In this document: one piece after another, positions 51,660 through 64,000 of the stretch
How the letters are laid out: every line of letters begins with the position of its first letter
How positions within the stretch are numbered: position 1 is the stretch's first letter
Made by a program: the position numbers and the translations under genes
From: Octopus vulgaris
Lineage: Eukaryota
Length of the DNA stretch: 64,000 bases
Reading direction: 5' to 3'
Assembly (NCBI GenBank): GCA_951406725.2
Contig: OX597817.1
Location: forward strand, 75,516,001 to 75,580,000
The notes under the pieces: model-generated
Told to the model about the DNA's origin: nothing
What the model saw: only the letters and a program-made list of their open reading frames with translations
Database searches by the model: none

Positions 51660-52250
51660 TGGCAGCGAGCTGGCAGAATCGTTAGAACACAAACACCAAT
51701 TAAGCACTGGGATCGATAACATAAGTATCAGTTGAGCTCTGGGGTCGATAAATTAAGTACCAGTTATAGAAGGCGGCGAGCTGGTAGAATCGTTAGTACG
51801 CGGGGCGAAATGCTTAGCGGTATTTCGCCTGCCGTTACGTTCTGAGTTCAAATTCCGCCGAGGTCGACTTTGCCTTTCATCCTTTCGGGGTCGATAAATT
51901 AAGTACCAGTTACGCACTGGGATCGATATAATCGACTTAATCCGTTTATCTGTCCTTGTTAATCCCCTCTGTGTGTAGCCCCTTGTGGGTAGTAAAGAAA
52001 TAGGTATTTCGTCTGCCGTTACGTTCTGAGTTCAAATTCCGCCGAGGTCGACTTTGCCTTTCATTCTTTCGGGGTCGATTAAATAAGTACCAGTTACGCA
52101 CTGGGGTCGATATAATCGACTTAATCCGTGTGTCTGTCCTTGTTTGTCCTCTCTATGTTTAGCCCTTTGTGGGTAATAAAGAAATAAGAATAAGTACCAG
52201 TTAAACACAGGGGTCAATATAATCAACTAGCCCCCTCCCACCAAATTTCA
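51660..52250 (+). mobile_element. Nested SINE family A cluster: a young dimer (51771-52188) inside an older copy
   Basis: The dimer is flanked by TAAGTACCAGTTA at ~51754-51766 and ~52191-52203; the older copy's tail resumes afterwards. Confidence 0.8.
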
Positions 52251-53091
52251 TAAGTGTTCAAAAAGCAGAAAGAAGGATTAAAACGCAGAATATATCATGG
52301 TATTCACTCCGTACCATTTAATATGCCACTGCAATTACTACAGGAATCATGTTATAAAAACTACAGGTATAATTTATCGATGAATCTGGCACATTTTCAT
52401 TTAGGAGGCGTTTATGTTATTTGTATTTATTTATTCATTCATTCACTCATTTTAAATCTGCACATTATTTGTCATAAATTCTACCATTTAATAACTTATT
52501 GTAGAGAATTCAATTATTATATATTATTATATATGTTATTGTTCAGGAAAAAAAACTGTATTATTTGTGTAATAACGTAGCCTATTATAATAGCTATACA
52601 GAAGCGTGAATAGCAAAACACTGCCTGTTTTTGTAACACGATAATATACATACAGGATAACATAGAGGCTAGCGCATTTAAATTATATACCACCATGATT
52701 AATGTTCGCCATAAATCGATCGTATAATGCTTCAAGAAATTTCCGATTTTTTGAGCAATTGTATTTCACACAGTATATTTTCCAATATAGTATTATTTTA
52801 CTCTCTCCGTTTAAGAACAGATCAAAACACTCAATCACTTCGAAACAATTTCTCTTTAGACTGAAAGCAATTGAATACGAAGCACCTCTCTCTCATTCTC
52901 TTTTTCTTTTCTCCCTCGCTTTCTTTCTTTCATTCTCCTCATTTTTTTCTTTCATTCTCTACATTTCTTCATTTTTTGTCCTCGCCTTGTTTGCACATAC
53001 ATGAACACACAAACTTACACTTGGAATCTATGCAATTAAACACACACATATACACGCACATACTACACATACGTAGATATGTATGTGTTTG

Positions 53092-53166
<75 letters not shown>

Positions 53167-53186
53167 GTATATACATATACATACAT

Positions 53187-53233
<47 letters not shown>

Positions 53234-53234
<1 letters not shown>

Positions 53235-53972
53235 TAGCAGCATAGCCCGGCGTTGCCCGGGTATGAAACTTTGTCGATAAGCAATGCTCTTTACCTTTTT
53301 ACCCTTTTTGTACTCATTGAACCGTTATTTTGTAAAATGAAGCCTAAAAGGCATTAAGGCATTCAAGGCACCGTTCCCTTGCATGCTTGAAGAAGTAGGG
53401 AAAATCTGTGAACTTCCAAAAAATATCACAGAAAAATCGGTTTGCTATGTGTGCCACATATGATGTAATTAACCGATTTTTTCCAGTAATAACGTATCCT
53501 ATTGGAATAAAAAGGGTTGTATAGCTCCTTGGAGCAGACATGGTGCTCGCTGTAAATTTCAAAAAAAATTCCTGCCAATTTGTTAAAGATATTGTCGAAA
53601 ATATGTCATCTTGAATTTGAACGCGATTTCCCAAAATGGCATGATTTTATCAATTTTTTCTGATGGTATGGTATTGCATGGAAAACTAACGTCAGAATTA
53701 AGTTCCTTAGGGTAACATTAAGCTTCACCATGAGTTTAGTGAAATTCGATTGCAAGTTGTGAAAACTACAACGGAAAATGTGTTGCATATGATAAGCTTA
53801 GATTCTGGATCCCATGTAAAATTTATCGATTTTTTTCAGAACTGGGTGAACTTTTCAAAATTTTCGCTGCGTTAGTTTCGAATTATGACATTGGGCTATG
53901 TGTGTGTCAAGTTTCATCAGAATCGGTTGAAAGCCGTGGTCAGGGTGAGGGTACAACCTGACAGACAAACTG

Positions 53973-53980
<8 letters not shown>
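53234..53980 (-). mobile_element. Non-autonomous Helitron, longer variant
   Basis: Minus-strand 3' end CCCGGGCAACGCCGGG..CTAG|T; the 5' ~170 bp match 13735-13925. Confidence 0.78.
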
Positions 53981-54022
<42 letters not shown>

Positions 54023-56349
54023 AATTGATCACATCATTACCATGTATATATCATAATTATATGACATTCAAAAGATCGCATACACGCAAAAAATATTTGA
54101 AAATATAAGTATATTAATTGCTAAGAATATTTAACACCACTCTTTTGGTATATGACTTAATCGTTGTCTCAAGAACATCAAAGAGCTGATATGTAAAGGC
54201 TGGCCTGTGACTAGATGAGAACAACTGGTTTACAAATAGCAGCCTGAACAATGGTATAAAAAGTACATTCTCCGACTATCACACAATACCCGTACGACAC
54301 TTTTGAATGCTGTAGTATTGTGTCTGGCCCTTTATGTGAACTGCAAAGGGGATTGTTGTAAAATAAACGTCATTTGGTCACATTCCTTTTGAAAGTATCT
54401 TGGTCAGCTTATGAAATTTTCAGCCAATACTTTATCCAGAACAAGAGATCTGCGTTTCAGATTTAGTCATTTGGCAGACTTCCAAAATGACACTGATGTG
54501 CACTATTGACTTGGGACTAAATAACAACAACCACAGCACCAGCACCAGCAGTAGGAACAGCATCAACAATAATTCAATTATCAGACGTTTATGTGGTCTT
54601 TCGACATGCTAAAAGCAACAGCCAAATTCCTACAAATTACATCCTATCGAATGGAAAACAGAATACATTGGATAATTTAGTTTGGGGAAACAGTATCTCA
54701 CAAAAGAAAATTTTATGGTGGTGGTTACGGTTGGAATTTTCTTGATCACACGTGTGCTCGGCCAGGATGACCTGGAGTTTAAGAACAACAGCAATCGGAG
54801 CGTGCTCTCTCTTTAAGCTTGCATCTTAACCCTTAATTTTCCTTTAGTAGATAGGTATTCTCCGAAACAACTAACCATATTTTCTAAAATAGTATTTCAA
54901 AGAGATATGCTAAGATAGTGATTATTTTTTCTTTTTAGTAATTTAAGCATGGACTGATACCTTATTTGCAAAGAACAAGTTTTCATACTAGAAAGACACA
55001 ACAAAGAAAAATTCTGCTGAACGGAGTGACATGGGGAACAAACAACTATAAAAAAGACAAAAACAAAAAAAAATCTTACAGTTTTAAATACGATTTCATT
55101 TCAGCTCTGCTTATGGTTTTCCTTTATTTATGCAACTTTTTGATATCTAACGTTAATAACTTAACTGAAAAGGAATTTTGTTGTAGAATTTGTATGCTGA
55201 AATCAACAATTTTAATCTTTTCTTTCATTCGTTCTTCCTACCGACCTTGTTTAACATTCTTTCGACTTGCATTTGTTGAATAATGTTTAGAATTTTGTTG
55301 TCTTCCATTTTTACATTTTTGTATTTCATTTGAAATTGTCTTGTTTTGACTTGTTCCACAGGGAATATATAGATCGTAACTGCTTATGTAGAATTCTATT
55401 CTTTAGTTCAAAACTTTAAAAATACACTCCCACAAAAAAAGTTTGAATCTGAACAAAGAAAATAAATAAGTAAAGTAAATGAATAAATTAATGTCAAAAG
55501 AAAGCAGATAAATTAGGATATTATGTTTTGAAGAATAGAATAAAGCAGAATGGTATTGAATTTCGTTTTGATTAAGGAGCGAAGATATCAATATCTTCAA
55601 CTTGAAGTGCTAAACATCATCACTAAATATACGTGTGTAATGGGTTATAAATTAAACTGCATTTATACAAGTGCGTGCATAAACTACATTTATATACACA
55701 TGTTAAACTGCACTCATATATGTATGTACATATAAATACATTTATTAACTTTCGTGTTGAGCTTTAACATTTCAGTATTAGCAGAGCGGAAAGAAACGAG
55801 TACCCACAGTAAAGCAAAATAAAGATGTGTTTTCCGACAATACATCCTGGTTAAGACTTACGTAACGCTGTTATTACTCGTTATCATAGCAACCATTAAC
55901 AAGGCCAATAGTGAAATCAATATAAAGTAATATCTTCTTCGGTGATAAACAGCTGTAACGACACTTAAAATGAAAGACCAGCACGAAGATGAAACAGCCA
56001 TCACAAACCCCGGTATGAAAGAGCAAAAGGCTGACTCAATAAGATAAAGATCAGTCAAAAGTTGTTGATTTCTATTCTGTCACTAGTATTGCATAGTTTT
56101 TGCGATTTATCCATATCTGTCAACAACTCAGACCTTAAACCTTGTCTACTTAGCTCAAAACACCTTGTTGTTTAATTTCAGATTAGCCCTGCTCGGGCAG
56201 ATCTCAAATCAAAGTGGTTCCAATCATAACTATCCCTCATTTCCTTTTAGACTTAATACTATGTGTTCGGGATAAATTTGATAGTTTGAATGAAAGAAAA
56301 AAGATAATACAACATTCCATTAAAATATGTGTTTTAAAAATCTAAAAGT

Positions 56350-56950
56350 ATGAGCTAGATTATGGCTGGGGAAGACAGCTTATTTAAAGTAACCTCCATC
56401 AGCTTCCACCATGGCTTCAAGACAGATCCCTCACTGTGTCCCAGAGAAGAGCTTCGAACACCTCCTTGATCTTGGCCACCAGCCCTCCCTTGGTGTTGCA
56501 GGCATAGTGGTTAGTATCTTTTTCAATCGAGCCCAACACAAAGTAATCTACGGGATTATAATCAGGGGGATTAGGAGACCCAAAATTAGGGTTGGTGAAG
56601 TCGTAGAAATTCTCCGACAACGACCGTTGACTTTTTCCTGAGGTAGGGCAAGGAATCGAATCCTGCTACCACACATATAGCCGTCCAGCAGCAACCGTTT
56701 TCAGCAATGGTTTGACCACAACATCTTCTTATAGCCGCCTGAATTGAGCCTTAGGAGCGGCATGATGTCACACTCCTTGGAGATACACCCAAAGACTATC
56801 ACAGTTTAGGAAACTTGGTTTTCATGATGTTCATGTCATGTTTTGCAGCATTTACTGATCATTATCACAATGTCAGTATTTTGTCGGCGCGAAACATCAT
56901 ACTACAAGTAACTGCTTCCCAATATGTAGATACTTCCAGTCATCAATGTC
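56350..56950 (-). mobile_element. Decayed Tc1/mariner-superfamily transposase fragment
   Basis: ORF 56417..56620 FGSPNPPDYNPVDYFVLGSIE resembles WPPNSPDLNPLDY.VW. Confidence 0.7.
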
Positions 56951-57656
56951 GGCTAACGTTTTCCCAACTTCGACTTTAATCTTTATGCTCTCGTCGTTGA
57001 CTATTCACCAATACATCAAACTGTTCGTGACAAAAGAGACATAAAAATCATCGAATGTAGCCCGAACACCCTGTGTTTCTCGGAAAACACTATATAATGC
57101 TTTATTCTCTTTTTGTTTTAAGAGGGTAGGGTCTAATTTGAGGGCGATTTGGTTGAATCTTACGGCAGGTCGGGAGACTACGTAGAAGCTCAGTTCTTGG
57201 TTAAATATATACTGCAAGGTGTTTATAATTCACTTTTGTAAAACTACATTTTTAGCAGCTCAACAGACGATCCCTTCCACCATAGTCTGTAAGACTGATA
57301 AATGTGAAAATAGGCAAAGTGTGTACTTCACTCACACGGTTTGCAGCTTTATGTCGCATCTCGTGTGCTTTTCTGTAGTATGTAAAGGAACATCCCCAAA
57401 ACGATGAGAGGCAAAGTCGACACCAGCGATATTTGAACTCCGAACGAAAAGAGCATTTTGCCAGGCGTGCTTACGATTCTGAAAGATCACCACCTTTTGG
57501 TCATGTTTAATATTGAGTTCAAATTTTGGCAAACAAATTCACTGGAAGACGATGAACTAAGCGTAGCCAGGATCGAACCCCATATCAACGCTTACACGGC
57601 TGCATAAGCAACCGAGTGGGCCAACGCTCACCCATCAATTTCAGCCAAATTTTACG

Positions 57657-57753
<97 letters not shown>

Positions 57754-57851
57754 TACATATAATACTGCATATAATATTTATAAGCAAACCAGAAGGCTTG
57801 GTAAGTTACGGAGAAAAAGCGAGTATCGAAGTCTATTAGTTCAACAATAAC

Positions 57852-58079
57852 TATAATATATATATTCTCCAATTTAAAGCGACATTTATATATAAACAAA
57901 TTGACTGGAAAATGATGAGCTAAGCCTAGCCAGAGAGCGTTTGGCCCAATTGGATGCGCATGTTGCTATGTAAGCGTTGATATGTGGGTTCGAATCTGGC
58001 TAGGCTTAGTTCATAATTTTTCAGTTAATTTGTTTATGTATAAATGTCGCTTTAAATCGGAGAAAATATATATATTATA
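57852..58079. repeat. Imperfect fold-back whose loop and right arm contain tRNA-like A/B boxes
   Basis: 57852-57933 versus 57995-58079; TGGCCCAATTGG and GGTTCGAATC; a related inverse copy lies at 57535-57635. Confidence 0.7.
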
Positions 58080-58372
58080 AGCGGGACCAGCCATCTGAAT
58101 GTGGCTAGGGACAGGGCGGGGTGGTGGGGGTGTTACTGATGCATTTAGCCCCAGGCGACTATAGACGTCACCAGGAGAGCCGACACCATCACGGTGTCCT
58201 TGCTAGCCTGTGATGGTGTCGGCTCTCCTGGTGACGTCTATAGTCGCCTGGGGCTAAATGCATCAGTAACACCCCCACCACCCCGCCCTGTCCCTAGCCA
58301 CATTCAGATGGCTGGTCCCGCTTATATTACAGAGCAGTTACTGTTTATACCTCGCTTAGAGATTTATTATTA
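58076..58372. mobile_element. Perfect fold-back (117-bp arms 58076-58192 and 58210-58326) with right tail
   Basis: Arms read as exact reverse complements; the tail matches 6002-6039. Confidence 0.9.
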
Positions 58373-58434
58373 ATATATATATTATTATTATGATATATTA
58401 TTATAGTTATTATGTACACACACACACACACACA

Positions 58435-58467
<33 letters not shown>

Positions 58468-59031
58468 CATTTATTTATATACATACATGCATATATATAT
58501 GTGTGTGTGTGTGTTTGTGTGTTTCACTGTATGTGTGTGTTTGTGTGTTTCTGTGTGTGTGTGTGCGTATGTGTTACAATATACATCAAGAAAAAAATAA
58601 TGGCTGAGTTCAGGAAAGCTTAATAGTTGTCACATAAATCAATAATGTTACAAAACGAACGATCCATCGAACTTAGTGATAATAATCTGAGATACCACAA
58701 AAGATCGATAGAATAAAATCTATTGGCGTTCATTTTAATTAGCATCCGAACAAGTAGTATTATTGTAACAAACGCTTCTGGTTTCAATACTGAATAAAAT
58801 AAACATCTTTAAAACCCAATGACTTGAACAATGGAAAAAGAATTACGTATATAGTATAAGTATAGCGTTGAAATTTGCCAGTCCTGCGTTCAATAGATGG
58901 TTCTTTCACTTATCTGGCGTTTCTTTGCAGATAGACGTGGTTGGATATGAAAAGCTGTCACTTATCACTGTAATGAACTCTGAATACTTTATTGTCAAAC
59001 ACCTGTGCATTTTATAATTTTATAGAGCATA

Positions 59032-59072
<41 letters not shown>

Positions 59073-59099
59073 CACATACATACACACATACATACGTAA

Positions 59100-59163
<64 letters not shown>

Positions 59164-59364
59164 CCGTTTTTAAACAACAAATGTGGTATGTCAGTTAATC
59201 GACATTTGAACTAATTTTGGCATGAAGTACAGTACACAAGATACACATACATATCTGTGTATGTATGTGTATCATTATACATTGCATATACATTTATAAA
59301 TCATATATATTTTATATAGATACACACACAATCACTCCCACCCCACATATATATATATATATAT

Positions 59365-60135
59365 ACATATCAATAATATAATTTAAGAACAAACATTGAA
59401 TTCAGGTTAGTGAACTTTTTATATTCACGTTCCTACACTTCATTACATATAAATGACACCATGGCTTTCAAATGTCAAAAAACAAAACACCTGGTAAAGA
59501 TCATATATAAAAAATATAAAATATACAGGACTTGTCCAGAAAACGTATATGAAATCGACTAAAAATTATTATTACAATAAGTTAATCGACTAAAAATTTA
59601 AAGAGAAAAATATATGAAATTATACTCAACTATGAAAATTATATATAAAATGTAAAAGTCAGTATAGTCGTAGTCCATGATAAGTGCGAATTCAATCGGA
59701 CATTTTGACATTTGAAAGCCATGGTATCATTTATATGTAACTAGTATTATAATCCGATTTCATTCGGGTCTACTCGGGCCACATTTTAAAGATTAGGGAT
59801 TTTGCCCTGGAGGCTACGCCTTTCAATTGAGCAAACTCAAAGTTGCCATGCAAACTCCCCAGTACTTTTAACATAGGTGTGCAAATTTTCTGGTCAACCC
59901 GACTACATTTACTAACACTTTTGCCTGCACAACTGCTAGTGAGACAACGTCTCACTTTTCACAAATATATAGTAGATGAAGTGTAGAAGCGTTAATCTGA
60001 ATTCAAAGTTTATTCTTAAATTATATTATTGATATGTGTCCCTGGCTCAATATCATTTGAGCACTTCTCTCCTAGAGTCCTATATGTATTCGTCTTTTTC
60101 AACCGAAAGAAACGTAATTTCTAATTTGCTTCTTG

Positions 60136-60137
<2 letters not shown>
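59365..60137. mobile_element. (TA)n-flanked element with split inverted arms and ~100-bp right tail
   Basis: 59445-59480 versus 59703-59740 and 59365-59444 versus 59976-60037. Confidence 0.65.
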
Positions 60138-60187
<50 letters not shown>

Positions 60188-60195
<8 letters not shown>

Positions 60196-60416
60196 AGAGA
60201 CAAAACCACTATTTTGCAAAACAAACAAGGAAAGACTTAATCAATACATAAAATTTTAATAAATTAAAATTTTATGTATTGATTAAGTCTGTCCTTGTTT
60301 GTTTTGCAAAATAGTGGTTTTGTCTCTAATAATATTATATAATATTTTACTATAAAATTGGATTTAATCCTAAATCTGATTTTTTCCCTGTAAATTTGGA
60401 TTTATTCCCTAATATT

Positions 60417-60420
<4 letters not shown>
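60188..60420 (+). mobile_element. (TA)n-flanked fold-back (60188-60335) with ~85-bp right tail
   Basis: ~70-bp arms with 1 mismatch; same family as 46765-46968. Confidence 0.85.
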
Positions 60421-60479
<59 letters not shown>

Positions 60480-60494
60480 TATATATATATATAT

Positions 60495-60668
60495 AGGTTT
60501 CTTTCAGTTGAAGAAATCTATCCCAGAACTTATTATTTGTAAGCATAGTACTTATTTTATCGACCTCTTTTGCCGAACTGCTTAGTTACGGGGACGTAAA
60601 CACACCAACATCGGTTGTCAAGTGATGGTTGGGGGGCAACAGACACAGATACACTCACATATGCAATG

Positions 60669-60707
<39 letters not shown>

Positions 60708-60870
60708 CGGGCTTCTTTCAGTTACCGTCTAGCAAACCCACTCATAAGGCTTTGCTCGGTCCGAGGCTATAGTAGAAGACACTTGCCCAAGGTACCACGC
60801 AGTGGAACTGAACCCGGGATCATGTGATTGGGAAGCAAGATACTTACCACGCAACAACGTCTGTGCCCAC
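60495..60870 (-). mobile_element. SINE family C, head plus 3' part separated by internal (TA)n
   Basis: Head at 60705-60870 matches 50895-51046; 3' part matches 7415-7630. Confidence 0.75.
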
Positions 60871-60880
60871 ACACACACAT

Positions 60881-60911
<31 letters not shown>

Positions 60912-61124
60912 AATATCTTAGGTCCTGGTAAGGTATAAAGGTAGGGTATTTCTAGAGAAACACACAGCCTGAATTCCGAGCTATCAACACTATCGGAGTC
61001 TAGACTAATACTGAATTTTCTGGTTTCGCGATGGTAAGACCGTTGTGTAGATGTAGCGAAAGTTAAGGAATTCTTTGACACATCTTTAATGATCAGTTAC
61101 AATTTTTTCTGTATCAACTCTGCT

Positions 61125-61601
61125 TGCAATGTCAGTTTATGGAATATTCGAAGTGAAAATTTACGTAATATTTGCGGTTTTAGACATTAGCGTGGTACTT
61201 CATCAGGTCTGCATCAAAAGTGCGCTCTTACATTGTACGTCTTCCAGACATTGCTTCTTTTTGTTTTGCTTATATGGAGAGGAAACAAAAAGTGAATAAA
61301 AGTATGGTTAGGGAATGAAAAATTAATGTAGAGACCATGTGGGAAGGATAAAAAGGAAGAACAATACGACATATGCAAAAATAAATAAATAAATGTCTGG
61401 ATGATGCACTATGTAAGAGCGTATCTTTGATGCAAGTCTGATGAAGGGCTCCTCTAATGTTTAAAATAGTAAATATTACGTAAATTTTCATTTCGAATAT
61501 TGCGTAAACCGGCGTTGCAAGCCGAGTTGGCACAGAAAAATTAAAAATGATCATTAAAGATGTTTTAAAGTATTTCTTTATCTTATTGTTTGGATTATAT
61601 A

Positions 61602-61605
<4 letters not shown>
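61125..61605. repeat. Old diverged fold-back (61125-61255 and 61390-61520) with right tail to (TA)n
   Basis: AATATTCGAAGTGAAAATTTACGTAATATTT versus AAATATTACGTAAATTTTCATTTCGAATATT. Confidence 0.65.
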
Positions 61606-61671
<66 letters not shown>

Positions 61672-63351
61672 GTAGACACAAACGTAAAAACGTACACATA
61701 CATGCATATTCACAGCATAACTTCGTCTATTTATATAACCTATATATACATAGCGCGTACATTTACAGCTAAGTGCTTTTGTTTTAAATTACTTTGCTAT
61801 CACCTTGGCTTTTGTTTTAGACTATTGTATTTATTGAACTAAACTTTATATTTTACAAAAAACAATTTTATAATGCAATTTTTGATAACTTCCAAAAATA
61901 TATATTTTATCGATTTAGCCTAATTGTTTAAGGCTTTATTTTGACACCTATATAAATAGCAGAAACAAAACAAAACAAAAGACAAACTAGTCTTGACTCG
62001 ATCAAATATATAACTTCAGGGTCAAGTGTTAAATGAACTAATGAAAATTAATATTAAGAATAGATTCTCAAGAAAAAGAAAGACGTTATTTTTGGAAAGG
62101 AACAATATAACCGAGTAGAGGAATTCATTTTATTAAAATTTTAAAGACAATCAATGGCCGACTAAATCAGAACTCGTGTATATTCACAGATGGAATAATG
62201 TGAGCTTGATTTGCTCCACGTCTAACTCAGAAACTGGCATACAATATAATATTTTCTCTTTTCTCTTCTAAAACAATTACCAATAGCTAGAAGGACATTT
62301 TCCATCCATTAAATAGTCACCTGACCTATTGAATTGTATTTAATACACCACATGTTTACACATAGGGATCAATATCATGTTTTCTGAATATTATTTATCG
62401 CACAAATCCAAATACGTGTGTTTGTCATATGATAAATTAAATTAGCTTATTTTTTCGATATGTGCTTGAATCCTTACTGCATGATACGACTAATGCTGCT
62501 TCTGAAAAGTAGTTATTTTCGGTATTGTATTAAAACAATACAAAACAAAAAAGTAATCAAAATTGTGCATCAGCACTAGAAGGTAAAAAACGAAGAAAGC
62601 ATTATGGCATATTGGAAGAGGAGAAGAAGTTCGAATCTGCAATGGACAAGAAACCCAGAAATATTTCAGTCATATACCGTTAAGTACGTGTAGTAGAACA
62701 GAAAATAGACATACTGAAATGACAATATATCATCAATAATGAATAGAGAGAAGAAAACCTGTGAAACGAAACAGAAGAGAATCGGATGTGATATACGGAA
62801 ATTGCATGGAGCTGCAATGAAAGAAAACCTTGAAAACTAGAGAACAAGAGAGAAGAATATGAAAGGAAAAAATACTTTCAAACCAAGAGAACAAGCAAGG
62901 TGGAATATGGAAGTTAATATTGAAATTGTACAGTTTTTCCATAAAATAGTCCCAATCTTAATAAATGTGTTATATTCTGCTAAGCTATATGAGAAGAATT
63001 AAGTTATAAAACTCCCACTAAGACTATTTTCTTTATTCTTCAACTTTTCAAATCATGAAAGATTCAATATAAAGAAATAAAGAAATATGTCAAAGAAAAG
63101 CAATGTTATATTTTCATAAGTTTATTTCTCGTTATTTAGAATTTTATTTTATCCTCTCAATCATATGTCTGATCACTTGCAAAGTAAAAGAAAAAAAAGA
63201 CAAACATATAGTTACATTTAAATTTTACTGGGTTGTATTGAACATAGACGAAATTTTGTAACGGATAAAATGAGCGCGCACGCGTAAATCTGGTTGTGTG
63301 AATATATATATATATAAATAAAAGCACATATATGTACATACATACATACAT

Positions 63352-63411
<60 letters not shown>

Positions 63412-63577
63412 GCGTGTGTGTGTGTGTGCGTGTGTATGTGTGTGTGTTTGTGCGTGCGTATATGTGAGAAAAATCTAAACATACATACAAACAAGAGGAT
63501 GAAAAAGAAAACATTTTGTATGTATATATGCATAATTATATTTACATTTGCATAATTGTTCATCCACACACGCACTC

Positions 63578-63658
<81 letters not shown>

Positions 63659-64000
63659 CATTATTATTATTTTTTTTTATTAAAAAAAAATTAACCTTAC
63701 TAAAGTAAATAAATATGTATAAAAATAAATAATGCGTGCAGTACTGATAGAGTTATTAGGTGATACATATACATATGAAATTTCAATTTCGAAAAATAAA
63801 CTAATTTTGAATTTTATTTGCACAAATTAAATCAAATCACAGCTTCAGGAATCAAACCATTTTGTAACTATCGTTCGCAATTTGTATAATTTAGTTTTTG
63901 AATGTTCTGTCACAGAGTAGTTATTCACAAGTTTAGAAATGTTATTTAATATTTCTGAATCGATTATATCGATTTTTTCATACGATGTTGTGATTTTATT

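Noticed and set aside
58210-58320. Possible HDV-like or twister fold in the GC-rich palindrome arm
   Set aside because: P2, P3 and L3 (or twister T1/T2) could not be assigned.
62550-62950. Purine-rich LINE-like stretch
   Set aside because: No recognisable motif in any frame.

Overview
AT-rich, microsatellite-saturated eukaryotic DNA whose repeat families and (TA)n/(AAT)n/(ATGT)n density suggest a coleoid cephalopod (Octopus-like) intron or intergenic region; the organism is my inference. I found no host gene exon I can support, and nearly all ORFs in the track are translated microsatellites or chance ORFs. The recognisable content is transposable elements. These are one apparently intact autonomous hAT/Buster transposon (37544-39919, with TIRs, an 8-bp TSD and a 589-aa ORF), a 5'-truncated CR1-type LINE, many decayed R4/Dong-type RLE retrotransposon pieces ending in (TAA)n, a CRE-like relic, mariner/Tc1 relics and MITEs, two non-autonomous Helitrons and about 30 tRNA-derived SINE copies or fragments. 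The main unexplained signal is a set of short non-coding elements, mostly at (TA)n. Many are long fold-backs with a one-sided tail, and together they carry about ten type I hammerhead ribozyme motifs with minimal stem III, in several unrelated sequence families. Two loci hold a hammerhead in each arm, back to back. This is consistent with a diverse Penelope-derived or retrozyme-like non-autonomous system. All structures were read by eye and not computed.
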